A stretch of 63,895 bases of DNA, the filler included, from Octopus bimaculoides (Eukaryota), in assembly GCF_001194135.2 (NCBI RefSeq). It is 10 parts of 9 records of this genome, joined end to end, with 100 filler letters (N's around TTAATTAATTAA, not from the genome) between each part and the next. Parts side by side here need not be neighbours in the genome. Positions count along the whole stretch, not along the records: positions 22,818 to 26,160 come from NC_068985.1; positions 26,261 to 42,468 come from NC_068984.1; 8 more parts are not named here. One strand, given 5' to 3'. Each line of letters begins with the position of its first letter. Within the stretch, counting starts at the first letter, position 1. Shown piece by piece: positions 25,337 through 38,927 of the stretch. The notes under the pieces are model-generated. The model searched no databases. It was not told the origin of the DNA and saw only the letters and a list, made by a program, of their open reading frames with translations. The translations under genes and the position numbers were made by a program.

Positions 25337-25652
25337 TAAATTATCAAGGGGGCCGTTCGCAATTTACAACGAAAAGGCACAAGTACAAACATCACTAAAG
25401 TGAAAAATGGTGCAAGTCAGAACCAGCATTGCTAGAAATAAGAGTCAAAACAGCTCTTAGCCACGGACAAGCACTTATCTAATGATTTATCTAATGACTG
25501 ACTGTCAGTAGATAAATGCTTGCCTGTGGCTAAGAATTGTTTCGACTCTTATTTCTAGCAATGCTGGTGCTGACTTGCACCCTTAGTGATTTTAGTGACG
25601 ATTGTATTTATTCTTTCTGTTTGTAAATTGCGAATAGCCTCCATAATAATTT
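25337..25652. repeat. Fold-back inverted repeat, ~145-bp arms and 27-bp spacer
   Basis: ggtgcaagtcagaaccagcattgctagaaataagagtc (25409) is the reverse complement of gactcttatttctagcaatgctggtgctgacttgcacc (to 25581) with one mismatch; pairing extends outward to taaattat/ataattta. Confidence 0.93.
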
Positions 25653-26260
25653 ATATATATATACATATATATATAAATCCTTGTACAGAACTCATAATGT
25701 TGTGATTGGGGGATTCTACTCAGGATCACCAAATGCCATTAGTGTTGACGCTTTAGGTACTGTGTTGGGTCTACATCTCTTTATTACATAGACAATACAA
25801 ATGTTATGTTCGGGCAAAACTGATGTGTTGTATGATATGCAGATCGATCTTGTCAGCCTGTGAAATATGAACTCTCATTATAGATCTTGAAAAAAATGTA
25901 AACGAAACAAAAACGTACTACCATATGTTTTATGTTTTTTTGTACATCATATCTAAAAGCAGCGAAAATCGTCCAGACATGAGGCACTAATGGTTTGTTA
26001 ATATCCAGTCAATTACTATATAAAGACGACTTTGTTTTATTATGCTAAATGAGATCTTTCATGTGTAGAATTTTAAGCAAACAAAAAACAAAAGGCAATA
26101 TATGTGTTTGTATGCATATGTGTGTGTGTGCGTGCGTGTGTATATATATGTATATATATANNNNNNNNNNNNNNNNNNNNNNNNNNNNNNNNNNNNNNNN
26201 NNNNTTAATTAATTAANNNNNNNNNNNNNNNNNNNNNNNNNNNNNNNNNNNNNNNNNNNN

Positions 26261-26640
26261 GAATCTGAAGACGAAAACAATACCTATTGTCATAGGTGCC
26301 CTGGGAATGACAGCGAAACGGGATGATTACTACCTAGCTCAGATACCAGGAAACCCCAAAATGGCTGAAGTTCAAAAGATAGTGCTCATGGGAACTGCCC
26401 ATATCCTACGTAAAATATTGTCTATGTGATCTCAAATTTTAAAGCAAACACATAATTTTCTTATGGTTTCTTAAACATTCACTTGAACAAAACTGTACAA
26501 ATCCAAATATATGGTACCCTAGGCATAACACTTACATGAATTTCTAACTTGTTGTCTCTTGAGGTCTCTGGGTGAGACTTGGATCCAACTTGTACAAATG
26601 CAAAACAAAAGTCAAACATGAAATAATAATAATGATAATA
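26261..26640 (+). mobile_element. R4/Dong-clade non-LTR retrotransposon 3' end (piece A)
   Basis: NLKTKTIPIVIGALGM...VQKIVLMGTAHILRKILSM* (stop 26427-26429), then a 3' UTR ending in an (AAT)n-like tail. Confidence 0.9.
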
Positions 26641-27027
26641 TGAAAGCATCAAAATATCACATTCTATGGTCAAAGAAGCTTGCAAATTCGCAAGGGAACT
26701 TGGCATTAATCCTGAAATAATTCGAGAAACTGAAACCACTGTCACAAAGCAAGCAATATGGATCAAGCAGACTGCCAAAAAGAACGGGCAGAAACTAATT
26801 AAGGAGCGGTAGAGCAAGAAGTCTCTGCATGGATAGCATCTACTGCGATGCCTAAATGCTGATGTAGATCAATAAACAATCTATTAGTCGCTAGGAAGTT
26901 CAGGACTGAAAGATGAGACAATACACCGTCTCGCCTCGAGATACCTTCTGCTGACACCAAAGGAATACAAAAATCGCCACGACAGGGTAGGACTGTGTTT
27001 ACACTGGAAAATATGTAAACACATCAA
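26641..27027 (+). mobile_element. R4/Dong internal fragment (piece B)
   Basis: KKSLHG...ADVDQ...SSGLKDET and EYKNRHDRVGLCLHWKICKH, with an internal deletion. Confidence 0.85.
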
Positions 27028-30000
27028 AATCAGTGGGAACACTTACATCCACTAGCCTACAATTATTTTCTTCTCTGTCTGTAATGTCTATGTCTCGTCG
27101 ATTATCCTGATTCGCCTGACCTTGGTGACTGGAAATCCAAGAGGATAGTGACATTTTAAACTTCAACGACTGGATCAGGATCATGTTCATACCAGTAAGC
27201 AGGAGTGTTGTTTATTTTAGGGTTTACATATTTTACAATGTAAATACTGTCCTACCCTATCGTGGCGATTTCTGTATATGTTTGGTGTCAGAACAGGTCA
27301 TCACGAGACAGATGGTGTATTGCCGTATTACATTTATCGCAGAATCAGCATTTAATGTCAGAACCATTTTGAAGTACGTTAGCCTGGTAGGTTTTCGTAA
27401 GCAAGCTTTGATATTGTGCTTCCAATATGAAACCTTCAGTCCTGAGCTTCTCAGCTACTGCTAGGTTGTTTCCTGGCCTACATAAGTATTTCGGCTTCCA
27501 AGTATACGATGTCAATTTGTTTCTGCCCGGTTACGTTTTACTTTTGCAGTCTTTTTGATCTATTTTGCTTTTGTCGTGGCAGTGGTTTCAGGCTCTTCAT
27601 CTTATTCAGTGTTGATGCCAAGTTCCCTTACAAATTTGCCATCTTCCTTGACAGTTGAATGTAATTTTTTTACTGCTTTCGTACTTGCACACAAGCCGCA
27701 GCCTTCCAGTCCTCTGTCCAAGATACGTACTTGTTCATTGCTATTATAGAAGTGTTCTAGCAGAGTTCTACGTGTAGCATTCCTCTTTCCCCATTACCTC
27801 TAAGTAGGTACATATGATCAACGTCTACTTTTGGGTGGTACATATTCTTAGATGTTAGTAGTTTTCTTGTCTTCCTGACCAGGCGTTAATGATGTTAAAA
27901 CTGTATTGGACCACTGGAAGTGCCAGGATCGTAATGGCTTTGGTGCGATTTTTGGAGTTGAATTCAGATTTTAGTAAGAGTCGTTTACTTCTGGAATACT
28001 CCTTTCGTATTTGTTCCTTCATAGTTATATGTTGTATGCCGTCTCATTCGTCTATCCCCAGGTATTATAGCTTCCTTGTGGGTCAACCCCCTTGATATAA
28101 GTGTCGGTATCTAATATGATGGAAACTGTTTGCTTCAGCTTTCCTCTTAGCACACTTATCAAGGTCAAAATCCATCCCGTTGTCATTACTTAACTCTTCA
28201 GCAGTTGTTAACGGCCCTACTAGCAGTTTTGGATCGTCAATATAAAGCAGATGGTTTACTATAGTATTATACATTTTAAATCCATACCTGGTGTTGCCCA
28301 GTTCGGTTGTGAGCGAAATCAGTGCCATGCAAAAGAGTAATAGGGAGAGTGAGTTACCTTGAAAGAGGCCTCGTTTTATGTCGATGTTGTTAGCCTAGTG
28401 CATCCCTTTACTATGATTTAGAAAAAAGACGTGCATTACATCTCGCCATGCTACCTCGTAAGAATTTGCAGACTACAGGGAAAGATCTTGTATATCAGAA
28501 GGGCCTTCAGTAAACAATTATGTGGGACACTTTCAAACGCTTTCCTGTAGTCTATCCATGCCATACTTAGGTCTTTCTTGCTACTCCGGCAATTCTCTAC
28601 AAACATTTTATTTACGAGTAATTGAACTTTACATCCATAAGTATTCCTTTTACAACTTTTTTAAGCTTTTGGAAATCAGAGATCTGTTCCAGGATAGTGT
28701 ATATTTTTTCAGTTAGTATGGATGTAAGGATCTTGTAGATTATCTTGAGACATGTAATTGGTCGGTAGTTCTTTGGATTATTCATGTCTTCCGTTTTTGG
28801 TAAAAGGTATTTGCTATGGGTTCTGGATTACATCAGTTAGAAGTGCAGCTAAACTTCGGTGTACTGCTGTCAGACAATTCAGCCAGAAGTTAGGGATCTG
28901 GTCCGGTCATTAGGTTGTCCATTTGTGATACTTCCTAAGAACACATCCTAGCTCTTCTACTCTTATTTTCCCCCATTTCTCCTCTTCAACTTCATCCAGT
29001 CTCACTTTATCATGTCTTATCTAGTGAGCTCAGCATTATATTCTTTTTTTCTTCTTTTTGCTCTATATCTTCTTCCAGAACTCTTCCATTTCCTCAGTCT
29101 TAGGTGGCAACTTTACTTATATCTTACTTTTCCCAACTTACCATTATATTTTTTTTTTGCATCAGTCTTGAATACCTTGTTTTGTTTTGGCGCTAAAAAT
29201 TGATTCTTTTGTCATACCTGCCGAGTTGTTGGACTTTCCGTTGTATTCGTTGTTTCACTAGTTCCTTGGTTGCGGGGAGATTTATAAAATCTTTGATTTT
29301 ATATTTTTGGTTGAATTTTCTAGCTCGTGTTGTCTTCTCATTTGCACCTCTAGCAAGTTCATCGAGATCTGATACATCTGCCTACAAAAATTAGATCCCT
29401 TTTTGTATTGTTACTGCACACGTAGGAGGTCTGTTGTCATGGTTGGTCCTTTTCTGTGTCGTCCTGATAACTAAGTGAACATTTACAAATTTGGCAGTGG
29501 AATAGATGAGGTCATTATGTTATTTCCGTTATTTTTAAAGATCTGTCGAAGAGCAATATTATATATCATGATTATGTTGTATGCTCTTTGAGAGCTTTGG
29601 TAGCGGTTCTCTATTGATCATGTCAGTAAACTTAGCCTTTCTGAGTTCTCTCATATCTGTTTTGCTTCTATGGTCTTCTCTTTATTATTCACCTCAACTT
29701 CTGTGTCATATAAAATTCTGGTGTTCTTGAGGTAGATCTACGTACTCCTCTTTGATATTCTGACATAATCAGCATGTTGCTGGAATTATGATTATTGCAC
29801 CACCGCTTACCATGTGCTAAGATGGTAATTTCTTTTCAAATGTTGAGGATTTTACATAGACTCCTTGCGCTATCATGTATGTTTTCTTGGTGTGGTCTAC
29901 CTTCATGTTATGCCTTTTCCGGCTATATTTGAATTTCTTTCCTCACTGTAATTAGGGCCCCAGTAAATATTGTTACAGCGTACATCATTTTCATTAATCA

Positions 30001-30100
30001 TAGCATTTCTCCGTCTCTTTTCAGTCCTCCATATCTCGTTAAGTTTTCCCACTTCTTATTCGGTGAACTTGATGAGCTTATGGCACGCGATATACAGTGA
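27028..30100 (-). mobile_element. Long degenerate R4/Dong element (piece C): RT plus restriction-like endonuclease
   Basis: Minus-strand motifs in order NYRPIT, AWIDYRKAFESVPH, IKRGLFQGNSLS, NHLLYIDD, GMDFDLDKCA, SSGLK, NRRDIDI...LVDVSVPTD; many stops and frameshifts; 5' limit approximate. Confidence 0.9.
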
Positions 30101-31468
30101 TCAAGAATAATTCTTCTGCCTTCTCTACAAGAATACTACTGAGTATCCGATGTTTGATTCCGTGATCACGTTACATAATGATGTACTAAAGTAGCTTTAC
30201 TTCATCATCTTCCGCCAATACCTTACAATGCACCGATACCAGTGGCAACCCACCAACTCCTTAATGCACATCAGCAACATCAACAATAGCATTAAACCGA
30301 TAGGCAACTAGACCTAAAACGAAAGGCAACCGCATGAGACAAGGTGGTCAATCAAAACTGGCTTGAATGGAATACCCAAAGTGATAGAATGAACGAGGGC
30401 AATGGGAACATCGCAGCACCTATGCACACACCCTATTCCATTCCTCACTTTCATCAACAACATTAAATGCAACAGTGTTGACATCTCCACCAAGCACCAA
30501 CTATTTAATAAACAATTGACAAGAATGTTTATCACTACAAATGTCTTACGTCGACAAATCTTTGTATTTGTGTGTTCTTGTGTTTAGAATGTAGAGCTCA
30601 AATAAGTGGTGCAATAGGTGAAATGCGCATAAACCTGGTAAACATTTGTACAAACTAAGCTAATAGAGTATATTCTACACTCTCACTCCACGCTTTCGCA
30701 TTATCTTTTCCTTTCTTTCAGCCATAGGAATAACAGGACAATTATTCCCTCTCACAAAACAGTTCTATCCTGGTTCCTTTTTTGCTTACTACAGGCTTGT
30801 TGTTGATAGATGCAAATCGCCAAGCCTTTGTATCTACCTACAAATCATGTCGTCTGGAAAGATGCCAAGAAGGTGTGTTGAAGGCAGATGTGTGAAAAGG
30901 AGCCGCAAAAGGAAACACTGGATAATGTTCATGTCCTCAAAAGACTTGATGCATGAAAATCAGTCAGCCAGATTGCCAAAATGGTAAACTCGCTTACGAC
31001 TACCCGGGGAACAATAGGTGAAAACAGAAAGAAAACTAAGTACGAATTCAAAAGTTAAGTGTAAAATTCTCTGTATCTATTTTCCTTAGCTGCAACGAGA
31101 TGCTTAAAATCAGACACCTTTTCAGTGTATAGATCGGGAATTAATCTCGATTTGATGTGCCGGAAACCATATGTTGACAAAAGATATGTCCAATGATACA
31201 ACTAAAGAAAATCCGTTTCTGACTCGTAAAACAAGGTTTTTGTCCAGCACAATAAAATCACTGTTCAAGCTGCTAATGCTGATACTCAGGCTGCAGTTAA
31301 TTATCCAGAGTAGCTAGCCAAAAATTATTTCAAAATATGGCTACACGCGAGAAAAGTACAAAACGTTTATGAAGGTATGATTTCTGGAATCTGCACGAGC
31401 ATTTTAAGGGAATTTGTCAAGCTTTTGCACAAAATCAAAAGCGATATGAGGAGGCGTCATACAGATCT

Positions 31469-31469
31469 A

Positions 31470-31530
<61 letters not shown>

Positions 31531-31702
31531 GTAGTAGTAGTAGTAGTAGTATTTAGAAGAAGAAGAAGAAGAAGAAGAAGAAGAAGAAGAAGAAGAAAAA
31601 GAAGAAGAAGAAGAAGAAGAAGAAGAAGAAGAAGAAGAAGAAGAAGAAGAAGAAGAAGAAGAAGAAGAAGAAGAAGAAGAAGAAGAAGAAGAAGAAGAAG
31701 AA
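31469..31702. repeat. Compound trinucleotide microsatellite (AAT)n-(AGT)n-(AAG)n
   Basis: Directly visible. Confidence 0.98.
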
Positions 31703-31885
31703 AATCACATCCATAATTAATATAATGAAACGAAAGAAAAAATGATGATGATGATGATCTTAGTCAAGATCATGTTTGCGTAGGAGAATCCATATAAAGC
31801 AACGTGCTGACTGATTTTATCTTCTGTTAAAGTAAGGAATTATTACAAATGCATGAGGACATCAAAAGAGAAATAGTGACTGGGT

Positions 31886-32027
31886 GAATGAGTGAGTGAG
31901 TGAGTAGGTACGTGCGTGACTGAGTGAGAGAGTGAGTGAGTGAGCTAGTGAGTGAGTGAATGAGTGAGTGAGTGAGTGAGTGAGTGTGTGAGTAAGTGAG
32001 TGAGTGAGTGAGAGTGTGACTGAGTGT
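31886..32027. repeat. Degenerate (TGAG)n microsatellite
   Basis: Directly visible. Confidence 0.95.
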
Positions 32028-32904
32028 CACGTTAAATGATAGTGAGAGGAATGATTAGCTATTTATCGCACTTAGCTGAATTGTTAACAGGTGAAACGTG
32101 CGTGAGAGCTCCTAACATTACTATGAGTGTTGTGATAAAAAAAACAAAAAAAAATCCAAATTAAATATAATTTCATATAAATCTTTTAATATTTTATAAT
32201 ATTTTAATATTTTTGTAAATGTAATATCACCAGTTTTAATTAATTTTTTGTAACTATAAATAAAACACTTAGCACTATCTCCCAACAGGTGTACCAACGA
32301 TTCCTTATCATCCGTCTCTGAAAGGATATGTGAGACGTAAACGAGAATGTAATTAGTTTTGTTATCGAAATACTACTGTTCTAAAAAAAAATAAACAAAT
32401 CTTTGCTTATCCAATCTCGAGATTGAGTTAAAAAAATATTCAATGATGATAATATGAATGAAAACCATGTACTTACATAACACTCAGAGCAGCGGGGAAA
32501 ATATTCGTGAATGCATCACCATGTATTTGTCCGAATGACAGCTGTCACATAACCTCAAAACTAACTTCTGACAAATTAATCTGTAATAAATATATTTAAC
32601 TATTAGAGGTGCATGATACTATCAGTAGATAATCCTTCCATAGTTAAATATATAATCACTTCATTCAGTTCATATAATTCATATAGTTCAGTTCATTCGA
32701 AATAAAATTCGTGGAACCTGTATACGCTAGTAGTGGAAATCATACCGAAGACAATTTCAAAATATCATAATCGAAAAACAGTTCATATTTAAGTGCTTGC
32801 TATATACTTAGGAATTGCTAAACGTCCTTACAATTCGGCGAGAGACATGTACTTTCACATTTACAAATTATTTATCTTACACTTAAGATTAGAAATTAAA
32901 CAAT

Positions 32905-33375
32905 AAAATTCCCAAGAAATGTGAAGTTCAACCCAGGGACAACATAGGAGCCCCACAATTCCTTCTCACCTTTGACATGCTAGGGCATCCCAGGTAGGCG
33001 CGTCTAGCCACCTCGTTCCGAAAACGGCATACGCATTCGCCATCACGATGCGACTCATCAGAGACAGCTTCCTCTCTTCCCATTTCTAGGTAAAATTGCC
33101 CACTATATTCATCACCTCCACTCAGTTCTGGTCCACCTGGAGGTCAGGATCAAACGAGAGACTGAAGATTTTAACTGGTCCTTCACAAAAGCGCCCCAGG
33201 AAGATATTGGATGGCATGGACATGCAGCTGCAGATACCGAGCTGCAGACCCGTAGACTTTTCCTGGTTAATCATAGGTCTTTTCACATAGCTTCGTATTC
33301 CCTTAGAGTAGTACCGTTCACCTTGACTGGAAGATCGATTGTGACAGTGTTCTCGCTAGTGTTCTTCCCGCTTTT
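32905..33375 (-). mobile_element. L1/Tx1-group LINE RT C-terminal fragment
   Basis: TLREYEAM / INQEKSTGLQLG...EGPVKIFSLSFDPDLQVDQN*VEV...KWEERKLSLMSRIVMANAY, matching the L1/Tx1 YE...IN..KS / W..R.LSL.GR motifs. Confidence 0.78.
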
Positions 33376-33386
33376 TGTTGCCAATG

Positions 33387-33481
33387 TTCTCTTCTTCTTC
33401 TTCTTCTTCGTCTTCTTCTTCTTCTTCTTCTTCTTCTTCTTCTTCTTCTTCTTCTTCTTCTTCTTCTTCTTCTTCTTCTTC
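33387..33481. repeat. (TTC)n microsatellite
   Basis: Directly visible; source of the poly-K/F/S ORFs. Confidence 0.98.
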
Positions 33482-36400
33482 TCTTTCTCCTTCTCCTCCT
33501 TCATTTTTCTTCTTTTTGCTACTGCTGCGGCTACCGTCACAGATTTTACAAAATTCCTCTTCTGTTCTACGCGTACGTGGATGTGAAAGCAGAAAAAGCT
33601 GGAACCACTCACTCTATTACATATGATATCTTCCTTTCATTCCTTTGTTTGTTGAAATATATGCGCTCTGGCTGTTGTTTCTTTCGTTATTTATTTTAGT
33701 TAAATTCCTAAAAATAATAGTATTTCCTCTTAGAAATTGATTAGGCGAGAAATCCATATATTCATATGTGTTTGTTTTATTTTTCTTATTTTGTTAACTG
33801 CTTTTAAAAACGTTTATTTCCATTAAAATTTGAAGAAGAGGATGGTTTTCTTGGGGTATGTTTGCGTATATTTCCATGCAGTATATAATTTATTTCTTGT
33901 AATTTTCATTAAAACTGGGAAGAGTGGAACCAATTAAAATAAAAGTGTTAGAATTTTTACAAAATGCAAGAGTGAGAGGAAAGGCATTAACAATAATAGT
34001 TCATTCATTTAGAGGCTGATGCCCCACGACAATGTTCAAGCCGTTTATATATATACACATAACCGTTGCAAATATATCTAAATTAATCCAAGAAATTGTA
34101 AAGAAGTAATGCAATGTGCATATACTCATATACATACAAATAGATGCAAGTGTCTGTGCTTGAGTGTGTGTGCGTGTGTGCGTGTGTGCATGTGATTGTT
34201 TGTGCGCGGGCGTGTTTATGTATGTGTGTGTGTGAGAGAGACAAAGAGAATGTGCGTGCGTGCACAATGTTATGAAATTGCCTACTGTGTTTGACATATA
34301 GCCAATGAGCATGAACATTTGTTACATTACACCTCAAATTGATGCCTCAGAGATAAATTTGTATTACTGTTTGATTAATCCACTGTTATGAGTGGATAGG
34401 CTTCGATGTTTATTATCTAAAGGTAATCATCACATGAAAAGAGAATAAAATGCTGTATAATGTAGAACTATTTACTGATAACCTTTTCACATATTATATT
34501 CCAATAAGTGTTACATTAACATTGTATGGTAGTCACTGTAACACCTGTAAAATTAAACATATATAAATCATAAACTATAGACCACATTGCAGTTACGACT
34601 TACAATATGTATGTGTGTGGGTTTGTACGTGTAAACATGTATGTGTATAGATGTACGTATATATGTGTGTGTGTGCTTGGGTATGCATGCATGTGTGTGT
34701 GTCTGTGTGTGTGTGGGGGGGGGTGTATGTGTGTGTATGTGTGTGCATAAAATTATATGACACTGAACAGATATTCTTCAGTGTATGTTCATGTTGTTTG
34801 CGAGTTTTTAAATCGGACACGGAGAGAATGAGAATCACATTTTCAAAATATACAAAATGCGATTGAGTCGACAGACTATAAACTTTTGGATATGTTGTCA
34901 CATCCTGGTCACAGTACAGTGAGTGAAACCAGAAATAGAGAAAGTATGCCAACATAAGAATACACCACTTTTACCTATCGTATGATTTTTTCTAGACATT
35001 AATGCTTACAGTCATACTCTCTTACACAGCTATTACATTTTAACACTTACCCACACGTATATATATATATATATATNNNNNNNNNNNNNNNNNNNNNNNN
35101 NNNNNNNNNNNNNNNNNNNNNNNNNNNNNNNNNNNNNNNNNNNNNNNNNNNNNNNNNNNNNNNNNNNNNNNNNNNNNNNNNNNNNNNNNNNNNNNNNNNN
35201 NNNNNNNNNNNNNNNNNNNNNNNNNNNNNNNNNNNNNNNNNNNNNNNNNNNNNNNNNNATATATATATATATATACATGTACATATATTCATTTGTATGT
35301 ATTTATAGTATACACACACACACATATATATTCCTTGCAAATCTGTTCTCTGTAATGCTTCATGAGAGAAATTGTTCGAAAATGAATGCCATTATTTACT
35401 TGCCCAGAATACTTTACAGCAAATGTGAACGTGGAAGCGCGTTGTGACATTTTAATAGTAGTCACATTTTATTAGGAAACGATTCGGTTGAATATTTGTT
35501 AGTTCACAACTCATGTTTCAAAATATTGGAGTTGGACATCGTGAGAGGTGGAAAGCTATGTTAAATGACATATATACACTTTTTGACAGAAGAAAAATCT
35601 CTTATGCAACCATGGCTATATTTCTGCACTTTTCATACAGATTTAATTTCTTATAATGTATTTCTGTACGTGTAGTTCCCTTTAGTGTTGCAAAGGCTTT
35701 GGAAGGGAAATCATTTACCTTCTGGCGATGCAATTCTTCTCGATTCCCTAGGGGTATGTTATTGCTAGTCACATTTGAAATAACATTTCATAACTTAGTT
35801 ATATTTATATTCGTTAAAATGTGTTACACAATCGTAACCATTAGCCATATTTCCGTACACTCATTTTCATTTAATGCTATTTTAAAAAATCCCGTTTCAT
35901 TTTCCTATCGATTTATTGCGTGCATTTCTGTATAAACTGAAAAATTGAAGGTTTTTATCTGTGTATTCTACTATAACTGTTTCAATTAGCAAAACATAAT
36001 TCTTAGTTTAATTTAACTCTAATACAGGTATATTTCCTTTAAATGAGCTGATTGTTGTGCATACTTATATTGTTCGAATACAGGAAATTGTTCTTCACAT
36101 TGTATACTAATTCAATGTATTAAATATAATTCAGCACCAAATTACATGGAAATTATTTTAAGCAAAAAGATCGTGCTGCTGCATTTATATAATTGAGTAT
36201 TTTTAGAGTTGAATTGAATTTTAGAGATTCCACTTCGTTTTCCTTTCTTAGTTATTGAAACTTGCCATGTCCTGTTATTTCATATGGAATATACATATAT
36301 TTTGAACAAGACACCTGCATACGTATTATTTCAATTTCATAACACCACATCGGTTTTAGCTAAACTAAATATATTTTAGATTGATCATTAATTTGATTAT

Positions 36401-38878
36401 TGTATGAACACGTGGCAAGTAATCTTACTTTGCTGCTATGGGCTTCTTGATTCAATTATAATGCACGATGTACTGAGCTCCCTTGATCTTAAATAACGTT
36501 GTGAGTGTTATTTATTGAAGGAAATAGTTTGATCACCCCACATTTGAATGCCTCCGTATGTGTGATCGTCCGTATGTGATTGCATACGAGTAGGAGTATC
36601 ATATATGTATTGCTATTTTATATCTAAGAACGGTATATAGTTGTTGAGATATTTGCAAATAAAGCTTATGTTTCGCTGAAAACGTCTCGATGTCAGATTT
36701 GAAGCGGGCCAGTGATTTCATTAAAATCGATTAAGCTTTAAATTCCTATATGCGATAGAAAATGTGTAAATACACCTTGAGAGGAAAAAATATCTTAAGA
36801 GAAAGATGTATCTTAGGATAATTATCTTTTTTTTATTTTATAATCATTTATTTTAGTGGATATCGGATTTACCTTGTTACATTTCCTGGAGATTAACTTT
36901 CCAAGATATACCTACCCATGTTACAGCATCTATATTAATTAGTTAAAACTTATAGTAGCGAAGATTTATGCCACAAAGTAAATCGAAACTTGATTATGAA
37001 ATAACTGATATGAGAAGTCTCATAAGAATGCACACACATCTTAATATCTATCAAACAAAAATGATTATTGCAGGAACATAAAAAGGAAAACGATTATGCG
37101 TTTTGTGTTACCTTATTTCCTTTCCACGCATGTGTCAATGCCAACTGCCATAGGTTTGAAAAGTGATGTATTGACGACTCTATGAATATTGTATAATATT
37201 CATGATCTTCATTCATTTTGGTTCATTCATCTTATACGTTTCTTACGCTGGGTGTAGATGATATAATAGAATATATATTTCTTTATATGATGAAACCATA
37301 CGTATGCATAATTTTCTGTGGTATATTTCTGAGATGAAAGGTAATGATCGTTCTAACAATCATTCATCTTTGTCTGCCTCAAACTCACATGTCGAAAACT
37401 TAACTTAGACTTAGATGTGAATTCATAGTATACATAACATAAAATCTGTTTAGTAGGCTATAATTAACAATTTAAATGTTCGTGTTTGTGAAGAAATATG
37501 AATAGGACTCTACGACAATTTTAAGACTCACTTTCTTTCAACATAATTATAATCGCGTCTGTTTGCTTGTCTTGTGTATTGATGGAAGTTACAAGTGGGT
37601 AGCGTATGATTGCTATATGAATATATCATGAAACTATAAAGATGGCACTTAATATATATCTCATGAACAGATAATCAAGAAGTACTAAACATATTATGTT
37701 GCGTTTGATGATAATGTTGTGATGATGATGATAAACACAAACATACATATTTGTGTGTGTGGCTGCGTATGTATAGAAAGAGAGATAGAGACAGAGTCAG
37801 AGACAGGTACCGAGGCAGGGACAGAATCAGAGATTATAAGTGTGAAGAATGTCTCGTTGGAACTACAATCACAGTAACGTTTTAATTTAAATTTTTTTTC
37901 GTTAGACGGCTTTCAAATTTCCAAGAGATATGCATCAAATGCAAAGCGTGAAAAGACTTTTCATTTCTGACATGTGTAGCAGGTCTGGACATGCTTGTAA
38001 TTTGTGATCTTTGAATTACGTCGACCGAATTATATTGTAAGTGCGTACATTATCCGATGGAAATGATGTAAGATAAATTTGAAATCAAAATGACCTAAAC
38101 TATGTATATAATAATTTCAGATAGATATCAATATTTCATTCTGCGAGACTGCCTCTTCGACAACACTAAAATAACTTATGTAATATGATGGAGTAAATAT
38201 GCAAATAAAATAAAGTAATAGTATCGTTAACTTTGTCGATTTGACTGAGCTGCCTTGTTATCAATGACATTTTGCGCCATAAGATTCTGGTTATGAGTTT
38301 TATCCAACTTTTTCATATGTACTTACATTATTGTGAGGTGATACACTGATATCTAAGATAGATGTAGTTAATATTTCTTGCTGGTTGAACGCATTGATTA
38401 AATCAACACTTCTACTTGCTCATATAATTCACAAATAACGATTTACCACATTTACACAAGGCCATATACAACTGCAGAGTGAGATACTCTATTTAATTGA
38501 TAACATTATGTGGCAAGTAAGTATACCACTCAATCGCAGGTGAGGCAATGCGATGTTCGAAAACTGTTTGTTTTAAATTTGGAATTTAAAATAAGTTAAT
38601 GTTAGAACTAAAGCCTCAAAATATTTTCCCTCCTGCTCTCTACTGCCAGGAATATTATCAAATAATAATGGGAATTATCAATAAAATTGTAAACTAAGGC
38701 AATATGACCTCTGCCTCAAAAGTAATAATATTTTTAATAAACTCATGAGGAACAACAATAGATGCAACGGAAGATGAAATATCAATGTTGATGATTGTAA
38801 TGATGTAAATAATATTGATGAATATGATATTGCAGAAATTATTACGATGATGTCGATGATCACGATGAAGATCGCGAT

Positions 38879-38880
38879 GG

Positions 38881-38927
<47 letters not shown>
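38879..38927. repeat. (GAT)n microsatellite with a long degenerate upstream flank
   Basis: Pure tract preceded by ~150 bp of GAT-rich cryptic simplicity. Confidence 0.95.

Noticed and set aside
30340-30520. CR1/L2 RT relic (QNWLEW...GTSQ...PFLTFINNI)
   Set aside because: Only a loose resemblance to GVPQG...LFxxFIND, and no YADD-like motif; not supportable.
33283-33626. Poly-Lys/Phe/Ser ORFs
   Set aside because: Produced by the (TTC)n tract; the adjacent unique part belongs to the L1/Tx1 relic.
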